From positions 1-43,690 of the forward strand of contig JBGQKF010000001.1 of NCBI GenBank assembly GCA_041499435.1: a stretch of DNA of 43,690 bases, read 5' to 3'. A model generated the notes under the pieces. The model was not told the DNA's origin, ran no database searches, and worked only from the letters and a program-made list of their open reading frames with translations. Positions 7,424-16,494 of the stretch are shown here, one piece after another (positions within the stretch are counted from its first letter, which is position 1; the number at the start of each line of letters is the position of its first letter). Made by a program: the position numbers and the translations under genes. This DNA is from Gammaproteobacteria bacterium. GTDB taxonomy: Bacteria; Pseudomonadota; Gammaproteobacteria; Burkholderiales; SHXO01.

Positions 7424-8038
7424 TCAGACGGACCGGTTTCCGACCTTGCCGCGGAGCGGCGCGGCCACGGTGAGTGCCCCGTCGACGATCTTCAGAGGAA
7501 GAATCGGCAACGGCCGGGGTGCCGGCCCGGAAACCACCGCCGCCGACTTCCGAGGGTCGTACTCGGAAGCGTGGCAAAAACAATGGAGCAGCTGCTTTTC
7601 CCTGTTCCAGCCGTTCACTGGACACTGCGCATGCTTGCAGATGGCGGAGTAGGCGACGATGCCATCGGCCGCATAAGGCCGGGTGCCCTCGTCGAGCGTA
7701 TCGGGCTCGAAACGCAGCAGGAGGATTTCATTGAGGCGCGAGCCGCTTCTCACTTCCTTGCTCGCTGGATCGAGCGGCCAGGCCATGATCTGTTGCTCGC
7801 CGAGGACCATATCCTCGGGCTTGATCTCGCGCCCGGAACGATCGCCTTCGGCGAACACGAGGCGATCTCCGGCTTTGGGCAGTGCACTGCTTTCGGCCGA
7901 GGGCTCATCGGCTCGCGCCGCGGAAAGCGTGACGCTGGTACCAATTGCAATCTGGAGAAAGGCGCGCCGGGAGCACGAGCAGCCTTCAGCGGCCACGTTG
8001 GCGGCGCTCGCGCCTGTGCCCGTTGTCGTATCAGACAC
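7424..8038 (-). CDS. Tat-exported Rieske [2Fe-2S] protein (bc1 / arsenite-oxidase small-subunit type)
   Basis: Twin-arginine motif CSRRAFLQIAIG. Cluster-binding boxes CKHAQC and CFCHAS (C-x-H-x-x-C ... C-x-C-H), including the disulfide cysteines typical of high-potential Rieske proteins. The GTG start at 8038 has no obvious SD, so the start is uncertain. Confidence 0.8.
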   Translation of the reverse strand: MSDTTTGTGASAANVAAEGCSCSRRAFLQIAIGTSVTLSAARADEPSAESSALPKAGDRLVFAEGDRSGREIKPEDMVLGEQQIMAWPLDPASKEVRSGSRLNEILLLRFEPDTLDEGTRPYAADGIVAYSAICKHAQCPVNGWNREKQLLHCFCHASEYDPRKSAAVVSGPAPRPLPILPLKIVDGALTVAAPLRGKVGNRSV

Positions 8039-8447
8039 GCTGCGACACCGGCGGATTGTAGTGTGCGTTCATGCCGGATCTCCCCCTTGCTTCGACCAAC
8101 GTCAGGTTGGCCCATACACGCTCATGATTACGACGAAACCCCGCCGGCAAGGCGCCTCCTCGCGGCAGCAGTCCCACGTATTTACTCATGCTAGCTCTTC
8201 CGGGAATCTAACTCAACGGGGGGCCGGCTTGAAGGAACCGTTGGTTAGGACGATATGCCAATGGACCGCTGGCACTCAGTTGCTGGCGCGCAGAACTCGA
8301 ATGCATCGTTCGGCACAAGCCGATTCCATGATGTGATGGAGCGGATGCGAGCGCGACGCACGGCTTAGACTGCTATGATCTTCAAGTCGTGTATCGAGAC
8401 CCGTCGTCCGACGCGACCTCGAAAGATCAGCGCGAGGAGGCAGAATC

Positions 8448-8957
8448 ATGAACGCAGACGAGCTACGCGCCTTGCAGGCGCCGCTGAAGGACCGTTATCG
8501 CTCTTTACCGGAGAGCGCACTGATCACGCTGCGCGCCCGCGATCGATTGGGCGAAGAAACTATCGCCTGCAATGTCGAAACCGGCAAGGCACTGGTGCGG
8601 GCGGGACTGCACCCCGGCACCGGGGGCGACGGCAGCTTCGCGTGTTCCGGTGACATGCTGCTGGAAGCGCTCGTAGCGTGCGCTGGTGTCACGCTCAAAG
8701 CGGTGGCAACCGCGCTCGACGTTCCGCTGCGCAGCGGAACGGTCATTGCGGAAGGCGATCTCGATTTCCGCGGGACGCTGGGCGTAGACAAGCAGGCGCC
8801 GGTGGGGTTCTCGAACATCCGCCTGCGCTTCGAGCTCGACAGTGACGCGACTCAACAGCAGCTCGATCAGCTGATCGCTTTGACGGAACGGTACTGCGTC
8901 ATCTATCAGACGCTGCGCAATCCGCCCGCGATTGCTGTGCGGCGTTCGATCGCGTGA
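8448..8957 (+). CDS. OsmC/Ohr-family peroxiredoxin-like protein
   Basis: Motifs GSFACSGDMLLEALVACAG and ERYCVIYQTL carry the two conserved cysteines. SD GAGGAGG lies before ATG 8448. Confidence 0.75.
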   Translation: MNADELRALQAPLKDRYRSLPESALITLRARDRLGEETIACNVETGKALVRAGLHPGTGGDGSFACSGDMLLEALVACAGVTLKAVATALDVPLRSGTVIAEGDLDFRGTLGVDKQAPVGFSNIRLRFELDSDATQQQLDQLIALTERYCVIYQTLRNPPAIAVRRSIA

Positions 8958-8969
8958 CAAACGCGTGAG

Positions 8970-9842
8970 TTAAGCGAACTGCGCCATACCGCTCGCGATC
9001 GCGAGCTCTCTGCGCGCGTTGTAAACGGCGAATTGCAGGATGCGCGGGAACGCAGCATCGTGTGCGTACTCGAGATGCACATCCTCGCCAGGAATCACCA
9101 TCCCGTGGAAGCGACCGGCGAGTCGGCACAAACCTCCTGGGTCGCCGCCTGCGAATCGGCGAATCAGCTCCTGTCCGGCCATGGCCCACGTGCATGTGCC
9201 ATGCAAGACGATGTCAGGTAATGCATTCCCCCGCGCAACGACGCGTTCGGTGTGAATGGGATTCCAGATCCCGGCGCATTCCGTATAGACGTGAGCGCGA
9301 GTTTTCGAGATCGGCAGCGTGACGCGCGCCTGTGCCGGAACGGTCAGCCCTTTGCCCTCTCGCGCCACAGGGGGTTCCTCGAGCGTTTGCGCCTCGCCCG
9401 CAACCTCTAGCTTCAAGAAGATCCGCGTGAACCAGCTCGTCACGACAGGCGCTCCGGTCCGCGCATCGGTGGTGTCAAGCCGGTTCACCACCAGCGCGCC
9501 CGCGCTGGTTGGACGAATCTGGGTGATCGTACCGATGGTCCGCAGCTGGTCGCCAGGGCGGATGAGCCGGTGGAAATGCGATTCCTGCTGCACGTGGATG
9601 CCGGCCCACGATTCTTCCACCGAAATGCCAATCTGCTGTTGGAACAGCGCGCCGTTGACGATCGGCCATTCGATTGCGACACAGAATGCGGGCGGCGCAA
9701 CCACGCCGCCCGGCCGCAGATCATCGAGATAGCACGCATCGCTGGCGTCGATCCCGGCGGCATAGGCCATGGTGCGCCTTGCGCTCACACCCTCGAGCGA
9801 CTCGCCCATGGTTTTTCCAACAGCACTGGCCTGTACCGGCAT
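8970..9842 (-). CDS. Double hot-dog fold protein, MaoC-like (R)-hydratase/dehydratase family
   Basis: The C-terminal half (YTECAGIWNPIHTERVVARGNALPDIVLHGTCTWAMAG) resembles the MaoC dehydratase signature, and the N-terminal half is hot-dog-like. I preferred ATG 9842 (SD GGGAG) because the TTG at 9860 lies inside the rpoD terminator T-tract. Confidence 0.65.
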   Translation of the reverse strand: MPVQASAVGKTMGESLEGVSARRTMAYAAGIDASDACYLDDLRPGGVVAPPAFCVAIEWPIVNGALFQQQIGISVEESWAGIHVQQESHFHRLIRPGDQLRTIGTITQIRPTSAGALVVNRLDTTDARTGAPVVTSWFTRIFLKLEVAGEAQTLEEPPVAREGKGLTVPAQARVTLPISKTRAHVYTECAGIWNPIHTERVVARGNALPDIVLHGTCTWAMAGQELIRRFAGGDPGGLCRLAGRFHGMVIPGEDVHLEYAHDAAFPRILQFAVYNARRELAIASGMAQFA

Positions 9843-9858
9843 GGCATACTCCCGGGCC

Positions 9859-9893
9859 AAAAAAAATCCCGCACGCTGAGTCCACGTGCGGGA
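9859..9893 (-). terminator. Rho-independent terminator downstream of rpoD
   Basis: On the minus strand, a TCCCGCACG / CGTGCGGGA 9-bp stem with a 9-nt loop is followed by T8. Confidence 0.8.
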
Positions 9894-9939
9894 TTCATCT
9901 CGTTCGCTAAACGCGACCTTGCGCGCGATCAGAGCATTC

Positions 9940-11838
9940 TCAAGTCTCGGTGTCGAGAAAGCTGCGCAGACGCTCGGAGCGCGACGGATGCCGCAGCTTG
10001 CGCAGTGCCTTGGCTTCGATCTGGCGGATACGTTCGCGCGTGACGTCGAACTGCTTGCCGACTTCTTCCAGCGTGTGGTCGGTATTCATCTCGATGCCAA
10101 AGCGCATGCGCAGCACCTTCGCTTCGCGCGGCGTCAGCGTATCGAGCACTTCCTTGGTCGCGTCGCGCAGGCTCGTGTACACCGCCGCCTCGACCGGCGC
10201 CATGGTGCCCTGATCCTCGATGAAGTCGCCCAGATGCGAATCGTCGTCGTCGCCGATCGGCGTTTCCATGGAGATCGGTTCCTTGGAGATCTTCAGGATC
10301 TTGCGGATCTTCTCTTCAGGCATCTCCATCTTCTGCGCGAGCAACGCAGGATCGGGCTCCTGCCCGGTCTCCTGCAGGATCTGGCGCGAGATGCGATTCA
10401 TCTTGTTGATGGTCTCGATCATGTGCACCGGGATGCGGATCGTGCGCGCCTGGTCCGCGATCGAACGCGTGATTGCCTGGCGAATCCACCACGTTGCATA
10501 CGTCGAGAATTTGTACCCGCGGCGATATTCGAACTTGTCCACCGCCTTCATCAGGCCGATGTTGCCTTCCTGAATCAGGTCGAGAAACTGCAAGCCGCGA
10601 TTGGTGTACTTCTTCGCGATCGAAATCACCAGACGCAGGTTGGCTTCAGTCATCTCGCGCTTCGCCCGCCGGGCCTTCGCCTCGCCGGTGGACATCTGCC
10701 GGTTGATTTCCTTCAAATCCTTCACCGGAATGCCGACGCGCTTCTGCAGGTTGATGAGATCCTGCTGATGCTCGAGGATCGCCGGCGCAAAGCGCGCCAG
10801 CGCATCGCTGTATGGCTTGCGCCCTGCAATTTCGCGACGCACCCAGTCCAGATCCTCCTCGTTGCCCGGGAAAGTCTTGATGAAGTACGAGCGCGGCATC
10901 GAAGCTTTGTCCATGCACAGCTCCATGATCGCACGCTCGTACGAGCGCACTTCTTCCACGGTGCGGCGCACGCTATCGCACAGCGCTTCGATCTGCTTGG
11001 CGGAGAAGCGGATCATCATCAGCTCGCGCGAGATGTCTTCCTGCGCCTTGAGGTACGGCTTGCCGCGCGGGCCATGCTTGACCAGCGCTTTCATCATCTT
11101 GCCGTACAGCTGATTGATCGCCTCGAAGCGCTCGAGCGCTGCGACCTTGAGCTGCAGCAGGCTCGCGCTCTGCACGGCGGCGCCGTCTTCATCCTCGCCT
11201 TCTTCCGCCTCGAGCTCTTCCTCGATCTGCTCATCGGCCATCTCGTCGCCGATGATTTCCTCGGCGTTGGGATCGAGCAGGCCATCGACCACCTCGTCGA
11301 TGCGCATCTCCTCCTTCTGCACCTTCTCGGAGAGCGCCAGAATGTCGGCAATGGTCGTGGGGCAGGCGGAAATCGCCTGGATCATATGGCGCAGGCCATC
11401 CTCGATGCGCTTGGCGATCTCGATCTCGCCCTCGCGCGTGAGCAGTTCGACCGAGCCCATCTCGCGCATGTACATGCGCACGGGATCGGTCGTGCGGCCA
11501 AACTCGGAGTCGAGCGTGGAAACGGCGGCTTCAGCTTCCTCCGCCGCGTCCTCATCGGGCACGTTGGGCGTGGCATCCGACATGAGCAACGCCTCGGTAT
11601 CCGGCGCCTCGTCGTACACCTGGATACCCATGTCGTTGATCATGCTGATGATGTTCTCGATCTGCTCGGCATCGAGAATATCGGGGAGGTGGTCGTTGAT
11701 CTCCGCGTACGTCAGGAAACCACGCTCCTTGCCCAGCACGATGAGGTTCTTGAGACGGGTGCGCCGCGCCTCTGCATCGTTGGGCAGAGCGTCGAGCTTC
11801 TCCTTCTCGACTTCCTTGACCTTTGGTTCTTTTGCCAT
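9940..11838 (-). CDS. rpoD: RNA polymerase primary sigma factor sigma-70
   Basis: Acidic region 1, the RpoD box [33 protein letters not shown], and region 4.2 [31 protein letters not shown] used ATG 11838; a GTG 9 nt upstream is also possible. Confidence 0.97.
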   Translation of the reverse strand: MAKEPKVKEVEKEKLDALPNDAEARRTRLKNLIVLGKERGFLTYAEINDHLPDILDAEQIENIISMINDMGIQVYDEAPDTEALLMSDATPNVPDEDAAEEAEAAVSTLDSEFGRTTDPVRMYMREMGSVELLTREGEIEIAKRIEDGLRHMIQAISACPTTIADILALSEKVQKEEMRIDEVVDGLLDPNAEEIIGDEMADEQIEEELEAEEGEDEDGAAVQSASLLQLKVAALERFEAINQLYGKMMKALVKHGPRGKPYLKAQEDISRELMMIRFSAKQIEALCDSVRRTVEEVRSYERAIMELCMDKASMPRSYFIKTFPGNEEDLDWVRREIAGRKPYSDALARFAPAILEHQQDLINLQKRVGIPVKDLKEINRQMSTGEAKARRAKREMTEANLRLVISIAKKYTNRGLQFLDLIQEGNIGLMKAVDKFEYRRGYKFSTYATWWIRQAITRSIADQARTIRIPVHMIETINKMNRISRQILQETGQEPDPALLAQKMEMPEEKIRKILKISKEPISMETPIGDDDDSHLGDFIEDQGTMAPVEAAVYTSLRDATKEVLDTLTPREAKVLRMRFGIEMNTDHTLEEVGKQFDVTRERIRQIEAKALRKLRHPSRSERLRSFLDTET

Positions 11839-11903
11839 GGTCACCACTCGTCAGCTTGAGAATCGCGGAAAAAACCGCGAATTATACCTAAAAATACACA
11901 CTT

Positions 11904-13661
11904 TCAGTCGGCTTTGACTGATTTTTCCGCAGCCGGTGCCCGTTTCAGCAGGGCCCTTGCCTCTGCGCTGAGCTCGCCCGGGGAAGAAATCCCCTGTACC
12001 GCCCGGTTCATGAGCGTTCTCTGCGCCTCCGCAAGCAAGTTCTGGATACCGCCTCGCACCTCGACGCGCAGCTCTTCGGTGCTCAGGCGCTGCAGATCTT
12101 CCACGTCCTTCATGACCTTCGTGAGCGTCGCCTCATGCCCACGCCCGCGCAGAAGCTCGATCGCGCCGGCAAACGTCGGCACCTGATCCAGACCGGTAGA
12201 TTCCTCGAGCAGGTCGAAAAGGGCGCTCGCCTCGGGGCCGGGGCTGCTCGGGACGGGCAAACCCGCCTCCAGCAGCTCTTGGAGCAGAACCGGCTCGGCC
12301 AGCACGCGCTCGAGCAGCTTGGCATACGGGTTGGAGCCCTTACGCTGCAGGCGGGCCGGGACCTCGTGCGCGCGTCTGGGGGCCTTCAGGTCGAGGCGCT
12401 GCTCCAGCTCCGCTTGTGTGATTCCGGAGAGCTCCGCTATGCGCTTGCGCAGCATGAGTGCGAAGATGGGTGCAGAGATCTGCTTCACAAGAGGTTTCGC
12501 GTCCTGGAGAAACTTGGCCCGACCCTCGGCGCTTGCCATGTCGACTCCGGAGCTCAGATGCTTGAGCGCGAACTCGGACAACGGCATGGCACCGTCCACG
12601 AGTTGCTCGAACGCGGGCTTGCCTTCGCGCCGCACGAAGCTGTCGAGATCGTCCTGCTCGGGAAGAAACAGAAACTTGATCTGCTTACCATCCTGCACCT
12701 GCCCGATGCTGTTTTCGAGTGCACGCCACGCGGCCTTGCGCCCGGCTGCATCGCCATCGAAGCAAAACACGATTTCGTCGGACTGGCGCAGGAGCTTCTG
12801 CACGTGCCACGGTGTCGTGGCAGTGCCGAGCGCTGCGCAGACGTAACCGACGTCGAACTGCGCGAGCGCCACGACATCCATGTAGCCCTCGACCACCAGG
12901 ATCTTGCCTGCATCGCGGATCGCGCGGCGTGCTTGCGGCAGACCGTACAGCTCGCGGCCCTTCTCGAATACCGGGGTCTCCGGTGAGTTGAGATACTTCG
13001 GCTCCGCCTGGTCGAGTACGCGGCCGCCAAAGCCAATCACCTGACCGCGCTGACTCACGATCGGGAACATGATGCGGTCGCGGAAGCGGTCGTAGCGCTT
13101 GCCGTCATCGCCGTTGATCACCAGGCCTGCTTCAACCAGGGCCTGCCCCTGATAGTTGTCGAAAGCCGCGCTTAGATTCTGCCATCCGGGGGGCGCGTAT
13201 CCAAGGTGGAAGCGCCCAGCGATGTCGCCTGTCAATCCGCGCGATTTGAGGTATGCGATCGCACGCTCAGAGCGTTTGAGCTCGGCCTTGTAGAACTGCG
13301 CGGCGCGCTGCAGCACGTCGGTGAGCTGCTCGACGTCCGGAGCGGCTGCGGTTTCGACTGGGCGCGCGGTAATCTGGGGAACCTGCATACCGACACGCCC
13401 CGCCAGATCCTTGATCGCCTCGACGTAGCCCATCCCGCTGTACTCCATCAGAAAGCCGATGGCGCTGCCGTGTGCGCCGCAGCCAAAGCAGTGATAGAAC
13501 TGTTTGCCCGGGCTGACGGTGAACGAAGGCGTTTTCTCGCTGTGGAACGGGCAGCAGGCGACCAGATTGGTGCCGGCCCGCTTGAGCGGGACGTAGGACT
13601 CGACCACATCGACGATGTCCGCTCTGCCCAGAAGCTCCTGCACGAACGACTTTGGGATCAT
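11904..13661 (-). CDS. dnaG: DNA primase
   Basis: Zinc ribbon CPFHSEKTPSFTVSPGKQFYHCFGCGAHG, TOPRIM VVEGYMDVV and FCFDGDAAGRKA. Sits between yqeY/rpsU and rpoD. Confidence 0.96.
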   Translation of the reverse strand: MIPKSFVQELLGRADIVDVVESYVPLKRAGTNLVACCPFHSEKTPSFTVSPGKQFYHCFGCGAHGSAIGFLMEYSGMGYVEAIKDLAGRVGMQVPQITARPVETAAAPDVEQLTDVLQRAAQFYKAELKRSERAIAYLKSRGLTGDIAGRFHLGYAPPGWQNLSAAFDNYQGQALVEAGLVINGDDGKRYDRFRDRIMFPIVSQRGQVIGFGGRVLDQAEPKYLNSPETPVFEKGRELYGLPQARRAIRDAGKILVVEGYMDVVALAQFDVGYVCAALGTATTPWHVQKLLRQSDEIVFCFDGDAAGRKAAWRALENSIGQVQDGKQIKFLFLPEQDDLDSFVRREGKPAFEQLVDGAMPLSEFALKHLSSGVDMASAEGRAKFLQDAKPLVKQISAPIFALMLRKRIAELSGITQAELEQRLDLKAPRRAHEVPARLQRKGSNPYAKLLERVLAEPVLLQELLEAGLPVPSSPGPEASALFDLLEESTGLDQVPTFAGAIELLRGRGHEATLTKVMKDVEDLQRLSTEELRVEVRGGIQNLLAEAQRTLMNRAVQGISSPGELSAEARALLKRAPAAEKSVKAD

Positions 13662-13809
13662 CGCGGTGGCTGATGTGCGGGATCGGCGTTGGTCGAATAA
13701 GGTATCAAGCTTAAGTGTGCTACGAATTCAGGTTCGCGTAACCCGCTTGGCAGGACCGTTTTCATTATAGGTCACTTTTTCTGTGGTTCCACGGCCAATG
13801 GAACCGGCA

Positions 13810-14256
13810 CTAACCCGCCAGTTTGGCCTTCACCAGCGCCGAGACCTTCGCCATGTCGGCGCGCCCCGCCAGTCTGGGCTTCAAGACCGCCATGACTTTA
13901 CCCATGTCCTGCGCGGACCTGGCACCGGCCGAGGCGATCGCTTCCACGATCGCCTGCTCGATCTCCTCGACCGACAGCCCCTGGGGCATGTAGGCGCTCA
14001 GCACCTGTACCTCGAATTTCTCTTTGTCCGCAAGATCCTGACGCTTACCCGCTTCGAATTGAGTGATCGAGTCGCGGCGCTGCTTGAGCATCTTGTCGAT
14101 GACGCCCACCACGTCGGTGTCGGTAAGCTCGATGCGCTCGTCCACTTCACGCTGCTTGATAGCCGCCAGCAACAGCCGCAGCGCAGACAGACGCTCACTA
14201 TCCTTGGCGCGCATCGCCGCTTTCATATCTTCGGTGATCCGTTCTCTCAGGCTCAT
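13810..14256 (-). CDS. GatB/YqeY domain-containing protein
   Basis: MSLRERITEDMKAAMRAKD...LSALRLLLAAIKQ is typical of the YqeY family. SD AGGAGG upstream. Confidence 0.85.
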   Translation of the reverse strand: MSLRERITEDMKAAMRAKDSERLSALRLLLAAIKQREVDERIELTDTDVVGVIDKMLKQRRDSITQFEAGKRQDLADKEKFEVQVLSAYMPQGLSVEEIEQAIVEAIASAGARSAQDMGKVMAVLKPRLAGRADMAKVSALVKAKLAG

Positions 14257-14270
14257 GTTCGAGGCCTCCT

Positions 14271-14307
14271 AGAAAACGCAACGCGGCAGGGAGAGCCCTG
14301 CCGCGTT
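14271..14307 (-). terminator. Rho-independent terminator/attenuator between rpsU and yqeY
   Basis: On the minus strand, a 12-bp stem AACGCGGCAGGG / CCCTGCCGCGTT with a 4-nt loop is followed by GCGTTTTCT. This is analogous to the internal terminator of the macromolecular-synthesis operon. Confidence 0.75.
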
Positions 14308-14338
14308 GGCATACTAAAGTTCGAAAATCCTTGTGGCC

Positions 14339-14551
14339 TTAATACATGCGCGGGGGCAAACGCTGGCTGCGGATGCGTTTGAAGTGGCGCTTGATCGCTG
14401 CGGCTTTCTTGCGCTTGCGCTCGGCGGTGGGCTTCTCGTAGAACTCCCGCGCCCGCAACTCCGTGAGAAGTCCGGTCTTCTCTACGGTGCGCTTGAAGCG
14501 GCGCATCGCGACTTCAAATGGCTCGTTTTCCTTAACCCGCACAGTCGGCAT
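14339..14551 (-). CDS. rpsU: 30S ribosomal protein S21
   Basis: [42 protein letters not shown]. Confidence 0.97.
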   Translation of the reverse strand: MPTVRVKENEPFEVAMRRFKRTVEKTGLLTELRAREFYEKPTAERKRKKAAAIKRHFKRIRSQRLPPRMY

Positions 14552-14734
14552 AATTCCCTTCCCGAAAAGCCCCTAGATCCATATAGACTCATCCCAGGAA
14601 ATCCCCGTGCCCCGGAGTCCAACCCGGCGCTAACACTTGGCACTGGAATGAAATTGGCTGGAACGAAAAGGGAGAAAGTATAGCAGACAATGCCCGCAGC
14701 TCGCCACCCCGTGCCCGGCTGGAGGATCTGAAGC

Positions 14735-15775
14735 ATGCTGGTGCTCGGTATCGAGACCTCCTGCGACGAAACCGGCGTCGCGCTCTACGAGGCAGGATCG
14801 AGCCCCGGCGAGCAGGGCCGAGGGTTGCTGTCGCACGCGCTGCACTCCCAGGTCGCCATGCATGCCGACTACGGAGGGGTGGTGCCCGAGCTCGCCTCGC
14901 GGGATCATATCCGCCGGGTGCTGCCGCTCATCCAGCGGATCCTGCGCGAGAGCCACAGCCGGATCGAGGACATAGACGCTGTTGCCTATACGCAAGGCCC
15001 CGGGCTGGCCGGCGCGCTGCTCGTCGGCGCCTCCGTCGCTTGCGGCTTGGCCTATGCCCTCGAGATCCCGGCGATCGGCATCCACCACCTGGAAGCCCAT
15101 CTGCTCTCACCGCTGCTGTCGGGCGATCCGCCGCGGTTTCCGTTCGTCGCATTGCTGGTATCCGGCGGGCACACGCAGCTGATGCAGGTGGATGGCATAG
15201 GCAGGTACACGCTGCTGGGGGAGACACTCGATGATGCAGCCGGCGAAGCCTTCGACAAAACCGCGCAACTGCTGGGACTGGGGTATCCAGGCGGCCCGGC
15301 GATTTCCGAACTGGCGCGCAGCGGCGACGCGCAGCGCTTCAAATTTCCGCGTCCGATGTCAGGCAGCGACGACCTCAACTTCAGCTTCAGCGGACTCAAG
15401 ACCGCAGTGCTGACAGCGCTGCGTAAACATCAGCTCGACGAGCAGTCTCGCGCCGACATCGCAGCGGGAGTCGAAGCGGCGATCGTGGATGTCCTGACCG
15501 CGAAAGCGCTGGCGGCCCTGGAGGCCGCGGGCTGCGATGAGCTAGTCGTTGCCGGGGGCGTGGGCGCCAATCGACTGTTGCGCGAGCGCTTGTCCACCGC
15601 GGCTGCTCAGGTCGGCTGCGTCGTGCGCTACCCGGAGCTCGAGTTCTGCACCGACAACGGCGCCATGATCGCCTTCGCCGGCGCGATGCGACTGCAACAT
15701 GCCTCTGCCTCCGCGCCCTACGGCTTTACCGTGCGCGCACGCTGGGAACTGGAGGAGCTGGATAGGCCGGGCTAG
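14735..15775 (+). CDS. tsaD: tRNA N6-adenosine threonylcarbamoyltransferase
   Basis: [28 protein letters not shown], and CTDNGAMIA at the C-terminal end. Confidence 0.95.
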   Translation: MLVLGIETSCDETGVALYEAGSSPGEQGRGLLSHALHSQVAMHADYGGVVPELASRDHIRRVLPLIQRILRESHSRIEDIDAVAYTQGPGLAGALLVGASVACGLAYALEIPAIGIHHLEAHLLSPLLSGDPPRFPFVALLVSGGHTQLMQVDGIGRYTLLGETLDDAAGEAFDKTAQLLGLGYPGGPAISELARSGDAQRFKFPRPMSGSDDLNFSFSGLKTAVLTALRKHQLDEQSRADIAAGVEAAIVDVLTAKALAALEAAGCDELVVAGGVGANRLLRERLSTAAAQVGCVVRYPELEFCTDNGAMIAFAGAMRLQHASASAPYGFTVRARWELEELDRPG

Positions 15776-16407
15776 GCAGCCGGATCCGAAGGCGGAATGG
15801 CGCTGCGCGCTGCAGCGATCTTGCTCTCGGTACCGGCGGCGAGTCGCTGGAGGTTCGCACGATGGCGCCAGATGATGAGCGCCACCAGCACGATGACTGC
15901 GATCGCATAGGCGGACCACCCGAAGAGCGTCACCGCTGTTACGGCCGCCGCGATTGCTGCGGCGACGCTGGCAAGAGAAACATAGCGCCACACGAGCAAA
16001 ACTACGGCAAACACGCCCAGTGCAACCATCGCCAGCCACAGGCTCAATCCCAGCAGTACGCCCAGGGCGGTCGCAACGCCTTTGCCGCCCTTGAAGCCGA
16101 AGAACATCGGGTACAAATGGCCTAGAAATACCGCCACCCCACAGGCAGCGACCGTCTCGGCTCCGAAGCCAAGCAGCGGTGCGAGGCGTGAAGCCAGCAT
16201 CACCGCAACCCAGCCTTTGCCGGTGTCACCGATCAGCGTGACCAGCGCCGCTGCCCTCTTGCCGCTGCGCAGGACGTTGGTCGCACCCGGGTTCCCTGAG
16301 CCATACGTACGCGGATCGGGCAGGCGCAACAACCAGCTCGTGAGAATAGCGAACGACATGCAGCCGATCAGATAAGCGGCGACGACACAGACGAGCGAGG
16401 CGAGCAT
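15772..16407 (-). CDS. plsY: Glycerol-3-phosphate acyltransferase (acyl-phosphate dependent)
   Basis: [16 protein letters not shown] and FKGGKGVAT, with multiple TM helices. I chose the start at MLASLV (ATG 16407); the upstream 380 aa ORF extension has no PlsY similarity. Confidence 0.9.
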   Translation of the reverse strand: MLASLVCVVAAYLIGCMSFAILTSWLLRLPDPRTYGSGNPGATNVLRSGKRAAALVTLIGDTGKGWVAVMLASRLAPLLGFGAETVAACGVAVFLGHLYPMFFGFKGGKGVATALGVLLGLSLWLAMVALGVFAVVLLVWRYVSLASVAAAIAAAVTAVTLFGWSAYAIAVIVLVALIIWRHRANLQRLAAGTESKIAAARSAIPPSDPAA

Positions 16408-16494
16408 GATCGATATCTTACAATGGCGTTCGTGGTCACAGGCTGCACGCCGAAGGCTGTAACCGGCAGAATTTCGCAACACGACGCCCATACC

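Noticed and set aside
8031-8189. A 52-codon ORF (MSKYVGLLPRGG...NPPVSQRV) upstream of the Rieske gene, and the idea that the short peptide could be a PqqA-like precursor.
   Set aside because: There is no SD before ATG 8189, and the composition is not protein-like. The peptide lacks the E-x-x-x-Y motif of PqqA. I kept only the 13-codon version with the strong SD, as a low-confidence finding.
8269-8283. TGGCACTCAGTTGCT, resembling a sigma-54 -24/-12 promoter upstream of the OsmC-like gene. A similar TGGCACCCTTGAGCT lies at 30033-30047 before zapD.
   Set aside because: In both, the GG-to-GC spacing is 9 nt rather than the essentially invariant 10 nt, so neither is a canonical sigma-54 promoter.
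9886-11859. A 657-aa ORF on the plus strand, antisense to rpoD. Similar long antisense ORFs occur opposite secA (34356-36818), pilB/pilC (25653-27221), the PQQ dehydrogenase (6073-6948), rimM-to-hydrolase (19905-21299), ffh (21152-22222), ftsZ (39792-40718), the M23 gene (37207-38049) and the Nudix/ThiE gene (31135-32139).
   Set aside because: Long stop-free antisense frames are typical of high-GC DNA. Their translations are Arg/Ala/His/Leu/Asp-rich, low in complexity and lack motifs, while the opposite strand encodes unmistakable conserved proteins.
13764-13792. TATAAT on the minus strand (plus-strand 13764-13769) upstream of dnaG, considered as an internal promoter. A nearby GGTTCC...GGAACC hairpin was also noted.
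   Set aside because: The -35 candidate (TGGAAC) is poor, and the hairpin lacks a U-tract in the transcribed orientation. It is plausible but unsupported, so I did not list it as a feature.
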